Positions 13,487-22,727 of a stretch of DNA of 64,000 bases are shown one piece after another; position 1 is the first letter of the stretch, and every line of letters begins with the position of its first letter. Both the position numbers and the translations under genes were made by a program. The notes beneath the pieces are model-generated. The model was not told the DNA's origin and did no database searches. It was given only the letters and a program-made list of their open reading frames with translations. Source of the DNA: an uncultured Gammaproteobacteria bacterium (GTDB lineage: Bacteria; Patescibacteriota; Microgenomatia; UBA8517); assembly GCA_964541395.1 (NCBI GenBank), contig CAZIPM010000006.1, forward strand, positions 7,169 through 71,168, read 5' to 3'.

Positions 13487-14571
13487 TTCCAACCCATCTC
13501 ATCGTAAGTCATTACAGGCGGTAAGTCATTTAGACCCAATTGTTTTCTCCAATATGTCTCGGCAGCTATTTTATCGTCAGAAATTCCAACAAATTTATCT
13601 AATAAGATCTTTCTCATTCCTAGATTTTGTTGAAGGGAATGTAAGTAGGCTTGAATTAATATATAAGTTTCCATATCCATGTTGAACTTAATTTCAACAT
13701 TGGAAAATGGTAATTTTCCTGAAAATTCTTTATTGCGTAAGGCAGGTTGGTAAAGTGCTTGGATCATTGTGGGAGCGACTTCTTTTTGAAGATCACCTAA
13801 TCGATTAAATATTCTCAATTCTTCACAAAGTGCAAAGAATTCTATTAATACAATCTCGGTTTTACCAATTTCGGAAGAACCACGTGACCTACTGGAATAA
13901 TGGAAATCGTGGCCACGCTCATGAGCAATGCTTAATAAAATGTCTGAGGCAGATTCCGAAGATGGGATCTGATTTGGTATTATACATAAATTGTAACTAT
14001 TTTCACCATGCATCATGGTAAATCCTGTTTTTAAAAAATCTTTTTGTTCACTAGTATTTAATTCTTGATCAGATATAAGGATCCGGTCTGTTTTTGTCAT
14101 TTTTCTAAACCATTCTAAACAAATTTCAAGTTCGTTATTTCCAGATACTCCAAATTTTTTAACTAACCGTTCCCATTCTTCATCGTCTCTTTTAGTCAAA
14201 GTTTCATTTAATTCTGCTTTTGAATCTTCATTCGATACGCTATCTAGATCATAGGCTTTTAAAAATAATCGTCTTGAATGATTATTGGTCGAATATTCAA
14301 CCAGCCAGTCAATCAATATATTTCTAACACCTTCAGATCTCTCCACTTCTACCACTTTCTGTGTTTTTTTTGCAGAGGTTGATGAATGGTTAGCCGCTGA
14401 TTCAATTTGTTTTGAAACTAAGCCATAAACATATAACCATCTGTCCTGGGCACCATCCAACAAAAACTCTTCTGCCATCTTCAGTCTATTATCAGGATTT
14501 TTTTCTTCAATATATTGATCCAAGAATCGACCAGAATTTTTTGTTTCTATAATTGCTTTAGAATCTTCCAT
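13483..14571 (-). CDS. Hypothetical protein with HExxH zincin-like motif
   Basis: SIAHERGHDFH plus downstream E; start placed at MEDSK next to the xer stop. Confidence 0.6.
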   Translation of the reverse strand: MEDSKAIIETKNSGRFLDQYIEEKNPDNRLKMAEEFLLDGAQDRWLYVYGLVSKQIESAANHSSTSAKKTQKVVEVERSEGVRNILIDWLVEYSTNNHSRRLFLKAYDLDSVSNEDSKAELNETLTKRDDEEWERLVKKFGVSGNNELEICLEWFRKMTKTDRILISDQELNTSEQKDFLKTGFTMMHGENSYNLCIIPNQIPSSESASDILLSIAHERGHDFHYSSRSRGSSEIGKTEIVLIEFFALCEELRIFNRLGDLQKEVAPTMIQALYQPALRNKEFSGKLPFSNVEIKFNMDMETYILIQAYLHSLQQNLGMRKILLDKFVGISDDKIAAETYWRKQLGLNDLPPVMTYDEMGWN

Positions 14572-14572
14572 T

Positions 14573-15505
14573 TTATTTTCCTCTGCCGTGAAATGTCTCA
14601 TGGATGTCTTTCAGTTGCTTATTGGTAACATGCGTGTATATTTGTGTAGTTGAAATATTCTTATGTCCCAACATTTCCTGGACACTTCTTATATCTGCAC
14701 CGGCCACAAGTAAATCAGTAGCATAACTATGGCGGATCGTATGTGGTGTAGCTTCAACTGGAAGCTTTATCTTTCTGACATATTTTTTTAAGACCCTTTC
14801 AATCGATCGGGGAGAGAGTCTCATCTTTTCACCTGGTGTAGTAGGATCAATTTTCCCTTTATGTCGAATGAAAACCGGTTGATAATGGTCTTTTCGTACG
14901 TCTAGATATTTTTTTAAGTATTCTGCAGACCTAGAAGAAAGAAAAACCACCCTAGCTCTTCCTCCTTTACCAATTATTCCGAATTCACGCCTGTTTAAAT
15001 CAATTTTATCTATATTTAATGAAACCAATTCAGAGACACGTAGTCCTGTAGAAAATAAAACTTCCAATATGGCTTTATCGCGTATTCCCTGGATAGTAGA
15101 AAGTGATGGAGCATTTAAAAGTCTGTCAATCTGCTCACCGTTTAAAAATTTAACCTGTCTATCCTCAATTTTTGGTAGATCAATTTTGTCTGGTGCCATA
15201 ACTTGAAAATCGTTTTTGATAAGCCACTTTAAGAATGACCGGAGTGCAATCGCATGGTAGCCTTGAGTTTTTCTGGCAAGACCCAATTTAGTCAAGAAAA
15301 GTCTGAAATCGTGGACTATGTCCTGATTGATGTCTTTGACTCCCATTTCTTTATGGTGGGATATAAGCCATTCAACCAACCTTCCTAAGTAATGTCTGTA
15401 ATTTCTGATTGTTAGGGGAGAGGAGCCTTTTTCAACCGAAAGATAATCAAGAAATTCATTTATCTTTTTGGCAATTTCGGAATTATTACCAATGGCAGTA
15501 GGCAT
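14573..15505 (-). CDS. Tyrosine recombinase, XerC/XerD family
   Basis: N-terminal SAM-like domain; GLRVSEL, GKGG, HTIRHS, LGH, TQIYT (R-K-H-R-H-Y). Confidence 0.92.
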   Translation of the reverse strand: MPTAIGNNSEIAKKINEFLDYLSVEKGSSPLTIRNYRHYLGRLVEWLISHHKEMGVKDINQDIVHDFRLFLTKLGLARKTQGYHAIALRSFLKWLIKNDFQVMAPDKIDLPKIEDRQVKFLNGEQIDRLLNAPSLSTIQGIRDKAILEVLFSTGLRVSELVSLNIDKIDLNRREFGIIGKGGRARVVFLSSRSAEYLKKYLDVRKDHYQPVFIRHKGKIDPTTPGEKMRLSPRSIERVLKKYVRKIKLPVEATPHTIRHSYATDLLVAGADIRSVQEMLGHKNISTTQIYTHVTNKQLKDIHETFHGRGK

Positions 15506-15513
15506 TAAAAATA

Positions 15514-15553
15514 ATAATACTAAACATGGGAAGAAGTGTCAATATTGTACGAC
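15514..15553 (-). promoter_or_regulatory. xer promoter (TTGACA-N17-TATTAT) with an adjacent dif-arm-like half-site
   Basis: TTGACA at 15542-15537; tattgtacgac at 15543-15553 is identical to 19351-19361. Confidence 0.55.
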
Positions 15554-15606
15554 ACTATTGTTAAATTGAAGAGTTTTAGCTAAAAGGATATAATCCAAAT
15601 ATAAAG

Positions 15607-17211
15607 ATGGTTCCAACCCTTGCTAAGTTCTATTCCTCATTTAAAAGTGTTGATTACTCTTCATTTTTTTCAAACAGATTTGAGATGACAAGACTATTTG
15701 ATTCCAGCGCGGAAAAAAGACTTATTGCTTTTATAAAAAGTTATTTAATGCGACATGTTTATAAAGAAGAACTGATTGCAACTACCTACTTCGAATCTTT
15801 TTTAGAAAGTGATATCAACAAAAGTTCTGTCTTGCGGTTTCGTCAAAGATGTAAATTTGAATCAAGAAATAAAAAGGTCTATTATCCAAAGTTTTGGACT
15901 TTATCAGGTTCAGGTAATCTCGAATTAAAATTTAAATATAAAAAGAGAAATTATGTAACTAAATACGGAACATATTTGTCTTCGAAAAGGGGCTCTGATC
16001 TTTACAAATTGTTCAAATTAATTAGGACAACTCCGTTTCCATCGAATAAAGTCAAGGCTTTTATAGATAAATTAAATAATATTCAAATTGCTAACTATTC
16101 CAGAAATAAATCGGCTCCTAGTTTACTTACATTCGAAAAATTATTAAAAGTAATAGGACATTTTACTCCTCAAATAACCAGAGTTTGTTTAAGAAAAACA
16201 TTTGAATCAATTAAAAATCCTGTTATTAAAGTTACCCTGGAGTCAAAACCCGCCTTCTATCCTTATCCTGTTGAACATAGATCTAATCAAAAAAATCGTT
16301 CTTACTCAAAATATCGAGCACAAATTGCAGAAGTATCTAAACTTATAAAAATTGAGTTTAAAAGCAAGGTAAAAGATGAAGTTTTAAAAATGGACGATTT
16401 AATTGCTAAGCAATTTAGAAATAATCTACTTATTACGGGCTCTGAAACAACGACTTCATATCCCAAAATGATTGTAGAGGCATCCAAGAATTATGGATCA
16501 ATGTCAGTAGAGAACCCTAAAAATGAGATTGAAATTAAGGCAAATATAATTGGTAACCCAGACTTAAAAAAACTTATTAAAAAACTTTGGCAAGAATTTC
16601 TTTCAAAAAACAAGTCGCCGTATAATCTATTTATTACAGATCCTTTAATCTCAATTAGGGGATATGGGGAGTTAAACAGGACAATAATTGGTTGGAAAGA
16701 CGACAAAGGGTGGCATGAAATAGTAACGAAAATCAAGCTCAACAAAGAAGGGGTAAAGGAAAATGGATTTGAAACAATTCTTAAATGGAAAACGGACGAC
16801 AAGAGTTCAAACAACAAGGTACTAAGACGAAAGACAAATTATGTCTATATGCAAAAAGATATAAGTGTATCAGAATTAATAAACTTAGCTAATCAAAAGA
16901 TAAATAAGAAACTTCGTATCATAGGCATTCTTAAAAAAATAAAGTATAGAATTATTATACAAGACGTAGACGGCAGAAATTTTGTAGTATCTCTAGACAA
17001 GACACTTTCTCTTAACTCACTTAAGTCGCTCAAGCAACTGGAAATTGAGTATTATCATACTGTATTAATAGATCATAAACCTGGAATAACTTTAGAACAT
17101 GCCTGCCACAAATGTTATAAATATATTACAAAAATATTATTAAAACATGGAGTTCAAGTAACCAAAACATCTCAGAGAAAAATTGATTTTGCAGGAGATA
17201 ATAACAATTAA
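15607..17211 (+). CDS. Tandem triphosphate-tunnel protein (N-terminal VTC-like plus C-terminal CYTH-like domain)
   Basis: NRFE, TTYFE, LRFRQR, LELKFK, KVTLE, KIEFK (VTC-like); EIEIK, LKWK, VSLDK, QLEIEY (CYTH-like). Confidence 0.6.
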   Translation: MVPTLAKFYSSFKSVDYSSFFSNRFEMTRLFDSSAEKRLIAFIKSYLMRHVYKEELIATTYFESFLESDINKSSVLRFRQRCKFESRNKKVYYPKFWTLSGSGNLELKFKYKKRNYVTKYGTYLSSKRGSDLYKLFKLIRTTPFPSNKVKAFIDKLNNIQIANYSRNKSAPSLLTFEKLLKVIGHFTPQITRVCLRKTFESIKNPVIKVTLESKPAFYPYPVEHRSNQKNRSYSKYRAQIAEVSKLIKIEFKSKVKDEVLKMDDLIAKQFRNNLLITGSETTTSYPKMIVEASKNYGSMSVENPKNEIEIKANIIGNPDLKKLIKKLWQEFLSKNKSPYNLFITDPLISIRGYGELNRTIIGWKDDKGWHEIVTKIKLNKEGVKENGFETILKWKTDDKSSNNKVLRRKTNYVYMQKDISVSELINLANQKINKKLRIIGILKKIKYRIIIQDVDGRNFVVSLDKTLSLNSLKSLKQLEIEYYHTVLIDHKPGITLEHACHKCYKYITKILLKHGVQVTKTSQRKIDFAGDNNN

Positions 17212-17273
17212 TCTGAGAGTAGATGTTCGGCAAGGTTAATTCTATATTGAACCACCATTTATATTTTTTATGC

Positions 17274-17966
17274 CTATGCATTGTAAACATTTTTCCATAA
17301 GCTCATATCAGGAATCTCAATTACCCTTTCTTCACCAGAGAATGACCCCCTTTCAGAACTTCTTGGAAACAATATTACACTTGCATCAGAATAAGACAAG
17401 ACAGCTTGAGCTGAATCTACTGCATCTTCCAAATGTACTTCCGCTCCTAATGCATCAATTATAATTCCCTTAAATACGTTTTTTGGTGTCTTTAGCCCGC
17501 CGCGAATGTAAACTGAGTCTAATGGAATCCATGGATAATGTATTTTTATCCAATCTAGTGTTTGTTCGCGTAATCCGGGAATTCTGGTAGAAACTATAGT
17601 CTGTATGACTCCATTTTCATGAGCTCTTTCAGAATATCTTTGAATTTCCAATATAGGCATTGCTTTCATTAAGACGCTAGGATTCTCCCAAATTGGTTTT
17701 TCTATAACAGCTGCCTCTTCAAATGACATTGATCCTTCCCGCGCGGCACGATGGCTTAAAGCCAACCACCTATCAATTGGGGAACCTCTATAATCTAACC
17801 CCGTTTGCCGAAAAAATTCCTCTACAACAGGGGTTTCTGATGCACACATTATCTGGTCAAAATCTAAATTCACTCTCACGACTTTAAACTCAAACAATTT
17901 CCTTAAAAGAGAAGCTTGCGTATTGCTCAGAGTTTCAGCAAATACAGACCAACAATATTCTGGCAT
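17274..17966 (-). CDS. HAD superfamily phosphatase, 5'(3')-deoxyribonucleotidase-like
   Basis: Motif I DFDQI, motif II VSTR, motif III K, motif IV LEDA. Confidence 0.7.
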   Translation of the reverse strand: MPEYCWSVFAETLSNTQASLLRKLFEFKVVRVNLDFDQIMCASETPVVEEFFRQTGLDYRGSPIDRWLALSHRAAREGSMSFEEAAVIEKPIWENPSVLMKAMPILEIQRYSERAHENGVIQTIVSTRIPGLREQTLDWIKIHYPWIPLDSVYIRGGLKTPKNVFKGIIIDALGAEVHLEDAVDSAQAVLSYSDASVILFPRSSERGSFSGEERVIEIPDMSLWKNVYNA

Positions 17967-18158
17967 GACCGTATACTAATCGATAATCCATTTTTTGCAA
18001 CATGTAATAAAATGTAACTAACATATCACAAAATCAATTTAAAGGAAGGCTTGATCTAAAAGTCATATGAGTTAGTCGAATTTTGTCCAATAATACGGCA
18101 ATATATCTAAAATGAATTTATAAATTGACCGTAGTAACCAAATTGAGTTCGAACAGGG

Positions 18159-18683
18159 TTAGTTTAGTGGTAAATAACCATGTATCTGCCTTGGGTGCAT
18201 ATAATCGGTTAATAAACTGACTACCAAATTCGCAAAAGATACAAAAAGCAAAGTCTCTTTAGGATCTAAAATTTCATTACTACCGGTCCCATGATTTACA
18301 CTAGCATGTTCGAAAACAATATTTCGTTGTTCATCATTAAAATTAAGTTCGTAGTTAAAACGGTTTAACTCAATATAATCACCAATCTGGGCATCCATCA
18401 GAAAAATAAGTTTGCATCGATTATTTACCTTTTCAATTTTCAAACTTTCAACAATAAATCTTATATCTTGAATATTTAAACCCAATTTAATTTCAATATC
18501 AGAATTCCACAGAACCCAACCCTCAATTAAGCTGGAATTGGGCAAAAGCTGTATAAATCTTGATAAATTATCAGCAATCTTTTTACCTTGTTTTTCAATT
18601 AATTGTTCTAAATCTGAATCAGTATCTGACATTTTGAAATACTTAGCCAATTCATTCCGTGTGTCTTCAATTTCAATTAACAT
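18159..18683 (-). CDS. Hypothetical protein
   Basis: 174-aa ORF with no recognised motif. Confidence 0.65.
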   Translation of the reverse strand: MLIEIEDTRNELAKYFKMSDTDSDLEQLIEKQGKKIADNLSRFIQLLPNSSLIEGWVLWNSDIEIKLGLNIQDIRFIVESLKIEKVNNRCKLIFLMDAQIGDYIELNRFNYELNFNDEQRNIVFEHASVNHGTGSNEILDPKETLLFVSFANLVVSLLTDYMHPRQIHGYLPLN

Positions 18684-19335
18684 GGCTAGATAATACAGTA
18701 CAATTTATAATAAAACCATTTTTTCACGGTGTACAGGTTAATAGGGGAGGAGAGTAGTATTTTAGATATATATATAAAAAAACCTATAGTTTTGTATTTG
18801 CGAAATAGAATAATAATTTTTTTCATTTTATAAATTTTTTAGATAATTTTTATTTTTTATAAAAAATCTTTTTTCTCAAAATAATAGTGTTATTTTTTTC
18901 AACCAAATCGTTTATGATATTATGCTTTTAGATTTTCTTAATTAAACAATTTTTAGATTTCTCGGAAAATATTATAATTGAATAATTTAATTATTATTTT
19001 CTTAATTCTTAACTATAAATTTTTGCATAAACCGACCTTCTGTAATCGATTTTAAAGCCTGTCCAGAACGAAAGACATATATCTAGTTATCTATTGTTTA
19101 TCCCAATGTTTCGGGTTATTCATAATACTGATAATTTATTAAAATGACTCCCCTTAAAAATAAACATTGGGGAAGTTGATCTATAGATACAGGCATAAAC
19201 TGATAGATACAAGTTAAAGATATAAATGTCTAGTAAAGACCATAAAAACTTTTATTTATACTGTGTAATTTATATAGGCATAAGAAGTTTTAAAGAAATG
19301 CACGTTAACTGCACCACTCCTCAACAAAATACTAT

Positions 19336-19363
19336 ACGTCGCAAAAGTATTATTGTACGACTT
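19336..19363. other. Candidate dif (Xer recombination) site, 11-6-11
   Basis: acgtcgcaaaa-gtatta-ttgtacgactt; arms 8/11 inverted; in the largest intergenic gap 3.8 kb from xer; core genes converge on it. Confidence 0.55.
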
Positions 19364-19497
19364 TATATACTTAAGCAACATTAGACAGTTACTGATAAGA
19401 GAATTGTTGTCTCACCGACACTGATACTCTGAAGAATCCTTTTATATTTTAAGCGGTAATAACAAGACATGTCTCTTCCGGAATTACTTGCAGGAAC

Positions 19498-19506
19498 TTA
19501 TCCACA
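19498..19506 (+). promoter_or_regulatory. Perfect DnaA box TTATCCACA (single copy)
   Basis: Exact consensus in a long AT-rich intergenic region. Confidence 0.35.
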
Positions 19507-19570
19507 ACTTAACTTGTTATGTATCACACTATATCATTTCGTGAAAACTTATAATACGTCGTGAAATATA

Positions 19571-19588
19571 ACCCTATAATTATAGGGT
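19571..19588. repeat. Perfect 18-bp palindrome
   Basis: accctataattatagggt, just past the 19614 stop; terminator-like or a protein-binding site. Confidence 0.7.
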
Positions 19589-19613
19589 AGTGAGATACTC
19601 CACTCCTCCCCCA

Positions 19614-20381
19614 TTAACCCCAGTGGGTAGCAAAAAACATTCCCATAAGCACAATTATGCCTAAAGTAAAATACTCTCTGAGCGTTGTTGGAAATAATCT
19701 TTCTTCTAACTTTGCCTGACCTAAACCTAAAAGCAGGTATACTCCAGATGTTAAAAAAAGTGAACCTACAACTACCGTTACAGGCCAGAAAAATATTAGA
19801 GCAGAAAGTTCCGTTAAAACCAATGAAGATATTAAAGTAATTATAAAAAGATTGTTAGTCAAATTCTTTTTTAATTCAATAGACCAAAATCCTTGAAAAA
19901 AAAGAAGAAATGATGAAACAAAATATAATGGTAAAGTCACATAAACAGGCTGTCTTAGTGAAAAAATAGCGTCAAACAAAAGAAATGAGGTAAGAAGCGT
20001 CAAAACAAAACCTACTCCCCTTGCCGCTCTTAAAAGTGCAATATTTTTGAAAGCTGAAACCGAATATATATTCATTGTCAAACAAAGTACATATATACCC
20101 GCCGCAAAAAATATTACAATTGGAATCCTGGTAAATAGATTTGCTGGTAACAAAAACCAAAAAAGACCTACTCCCAAAGTAAATAATGCAGGTAAAAGAA
20201 GAGTTGTTAAGGTCATGTTTCTTTCCAAACCTTCCTTCAGAGACACAAAAAAAAGTATTATTGTGAGAATGATTAGTCCTATCATTGCATAAAATTTATA
20301 GGCTCCTTCAATGTATTGAATACCCAAAAGCCCTACTGAAAGTATGAGTGAAGTAATTATAAAACGGGTTCTTTTGCTCAT
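19614..20381 (-). CDS. Polytopic membrane protein (CPR-type conserved hypothetical)
   Basis: About 9 hydrophobic segments; IALLRAA motif. Confidence 0.8.
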   Translation of the reverse strand: MSKRTRFIITSLILSVGLLGIQYIEGAYKFYAMIGLIILTIILFFVSLKEGLERNMTLTTLLLPALFTLGVGLFWFLLPANLFTRIPIVIFFAAGIYVLCLTMNIYSVSAFKNIALLRAARGVGFVLTLLTSFLLFDAIFSLRQPVYVTLPLYFVSSFLLFFQGFWSIELKKNLTNNLFIITLISSLVLTELSALIFFWPVTVVVGSLFLTSGVYLLLGLGQAKLEERLFPTTLREYFTLGIIVLMGMFFATHWG

Positions 20382-20443
20382 TGGAAAAAAATAAATATAT
20401 TTTTAAAAATTTTTATAAATCAAATTGTTTTTTTTGCGAATAT

Positions 20444-21154
20444 TTAAAAATTAGAAAATACTCGCTGGACATCATCATGGTCTTCAAAACTTTCCAAAAA
20501 GTGCGTAGCCTTTTCAATTTGAGGGGTGTCCGTTAGTTCTATCAGGTTTTTGGGGATTAAAGTAAGTTCCATTTTCAATACTTTAAAACCGGCTGCTTTA
20601 ATTTTTTTCATGATTTCTTTTAATTGATCAGGTTTGGTGTATACTTCCAAACCGTCATCTTTATCCTCAATGTCTTCAACTCCCAAATCAATCAAGGTTA
20701 AGGTCTGTCTTTCAACATCTTTTGTCTTTTCCAAAAGCAGAAAGCCCTTATGTTCGAAATTATATAAAACGGAATTTGGTCCGCCTAATGATCCCCCACC
20801 CTTTTCAAAAATATTTTTCATTTCCTGAGCGGTTCGATTTTTATTGTCAGTCGCTGTTTCTACAATAACACCTATACCGTAAGGGCCGAAACCTTCATAA
20901 TTTATCTCTTCGATACTGTCTGCCTTCTCGGCAGCCGTTTTTAGGATTCGGTCAATGTTATCCTTGGGCATACTGTTTTCTTTGGCTTTATCAATCGCTA
21001 CCCTTAATTTGAAATTGGTATCAGGGTTTGCGTTTCCACCTGATTTAATAGCAATGGAAATCATTTTCGAAAGTTTACTGAATAAATTACTTTTAACTGC
21101 ATCTTTTAATCCCTTTTGACGCTTAATTGTAGCAAAATGAGAATGACCTGACAT
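20444..21154 (-). CDS. yebC: YebC/PmpR family protein
   Basis: MSGHS, NPDTNFKLR, YEGFGP, TDNKNRT, DDVQRV. Confidence 0.93.
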   Translation of the reverse strand: MSGHSHFATIKRQKGLKDAVKSNLFSKLSKMISIAIKSGGNANPDTNFKLRVAIDKAKENSMPKDNIDRILKTAAEKADSIEEINYEGFGPYGIGVIVETATDNKNRTAQEMKNIFEKGGGSLGGPNSVLYNFEHKGFLLLEKTKDVERQTLTLIDLGVEDIEDKDDGLEVYTKPDQLKEIMKKIKAAGFKVLKMELTLIPKNLIELTDTPQIEKATHFLESFEDHDDVQRVFSNF

Positions 21155-21213
21155 ACAATTTTACAGTATACAATATTGACAAGCTAATTCCTATCTTTAT
21201 ACTTTTACATTAA

Positions 21214-21912
21214 ATGGACGACTCGCTTGCCCAAGATGCAATTTCAAGCGCATTAACATCTAACTGGAAAGAAGCTATCAGAATTAATCACCTTATAGTG
21301 GAAACCAACCCTAATGATGTAGATGCTCTTAACCGACTCGGCAGAGCATATGCAGAAACCAATCAACTCGCAAGAGCAAAAAAATATGCACACCAAGTAT
21401 TAAAAATTGATCCTTTTAACCCAATAGCACAAAAATCACTTTTAAGGTGGGGGCGTATCAAGTTTAACAGTACATCTCACCTGTCCGATAATTTTGCGAG
21501 GCCGGATACTTTTTTGGAGGAGCCTGGAAAAACAAAGATCGTTAATTTACTTAATCTGGGTAGTAGCAAGGTAGTAGAGTCACTTAATACTGCTGATGAG
21601 GTTAAGATCAAGGCATATACCCACAGGGTTACGGTTACTACCTTGGACGGTAAGTATATCGGAAAACTCCCGGACGATTTGGCCGCAAGACTCAGAACTT
21701 TAGTAAAAGGAGGCAATAAATATTGTGCTTTCATTAAATCGATAGATCCAACCAATTTCAAGATTTTTATAAGGGAAACTTACCGAGGTAAAGATTATTT
21801 GAACACTTCTTCATTCCCTTCTGAAAAAATCGATTACGTTTCATATGCCCCTCCGGAACTGGTCAGTAGTGAAAGACCATTCAAAGGCTCCACAGAAGAT
21901 GAAATAATTTAG
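21214..21912 (+). CDS. TPR-repeat protein
   Basis: ALNRLGRAY...VLKIDPFN TPR pattern. Confidence 0.8.
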   Translation: MDDSLAQDAISSALTSNWKEAIRINHLIVETNPNDVDALNRLGRAYAETNQLARAKKYAHQVLKIDPFNPIAQKSLLRWGRIKFNSTSHLSDNFARPDTFLEEPGKTKIVNLLNLGSSKVVESLNTADEVKIKAYTHRVTVTTLDGKYIGKLPDDLAARLRTLVKGGNKYCAFIKSIDPTNFKIFIRETYRGKDYLNTSSFPSEKIDYVSYAPPELVSSERPFKGSTEDEII

Positions 21913-22715
21913 AATCTCTGATTGAAATATTTTCCAATTTTAATCTTAACGCCCGATTCGGTTTCCAACTTGTCGTCATATAAACAATCCAATACTTTGG
22001 CTATTTCTTCTGTAGCATAAATATTTTTGCCGTTCACCAGGCAGTCTATGTCTTTTGATTCAGACCTTGAATAATTTGTAATTTTTGCACCCATTATATT
22101 AAGAACTCTGGAAATGTCCGCTGTGGTTTTATAATTGCCACTGACATCCTCTATTTCAACAGTGGTTAACTTTTCAGTTATTCTGTTATCTGAAAAACCC
22201 GTACTAACATAGAGGGGAAGTTTTGTGGATTCAGCCTTATATTCAGACAAGTTCAGTCTTAAAAGTTTCAATTTATATAATTTTAAAAAAACTTTTTGCA
22301 AAAGTGACAAATTTGAATTATTGTCGTTTTTCCATAAATATACAGGTAAACCATAATTCTTGACTATGGTTTTAGCAACTAAATCACCCTGATACCCTTC
22401 TTTTTCACCTAGTTTCCAAATACTTTGCAACTTATACTCACCTAATCCGTGAGAAACATTAAGCTCAATATCTTCGTCAATCGTGACTTGGTCAATCTGA
22501 TTATATTTTGAATCGACCACAGTCACTACCGCTCCTCCATTATCCGTTTTTTCTACATAAATAAATCTTGTTAGAGTCATTACTTTCCATATAAAAAGAG
22601 CCAGAGATACAACAATTAGAAATATTGTGGAGATAATGATTATGGCTAACAAACGGAAACTTCTCCTACTTTTTTGCTTTTTTAAATTACGTTTTTGTCT
22701 TAATTGTCTTCTCAT
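21909..22715 (-). CDS. Membrane-anchored LytR/LCP-related protein
   Basis: Basic N-terminus plus TM; C-terminal LytR_C-like beta pattern (VEIED...IKIG). Confidence 0.55.
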   Translation of the reverse strand: MRRQLRQKRNLKKQKSRRSFRLLAIIIISTIFLIVVSLALFIWKVMTLTRFIYVEKTDNGGAVVTVVDSKYNQIDQVTIDEDIELNVSHGLGEYKLQSIWKLGEKEGYQGDLVAKTIVKNYGLPVYLWKNDNNSNLSLLQKVFLKLYKLKLLRLNLSEYKAESTKLPLYVSTGFSDNRITEKLTTVEIEDVSGNYKTTADISRVLNIMGAKITNYSRSESKDIDCLVNGKNIYATEEIAKVLDCLYDDKLETESGVKIKIGKYFNQRF

Positions 22716-22727
22716 TCTTAATTTATC

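Noticed and set aside
13483-18683. Prophage or integron around the tyrosine recombinase
   Set aside because: The protein is Xer-like without the IntI insertion; no attC array, att repeats or phage genes seen.
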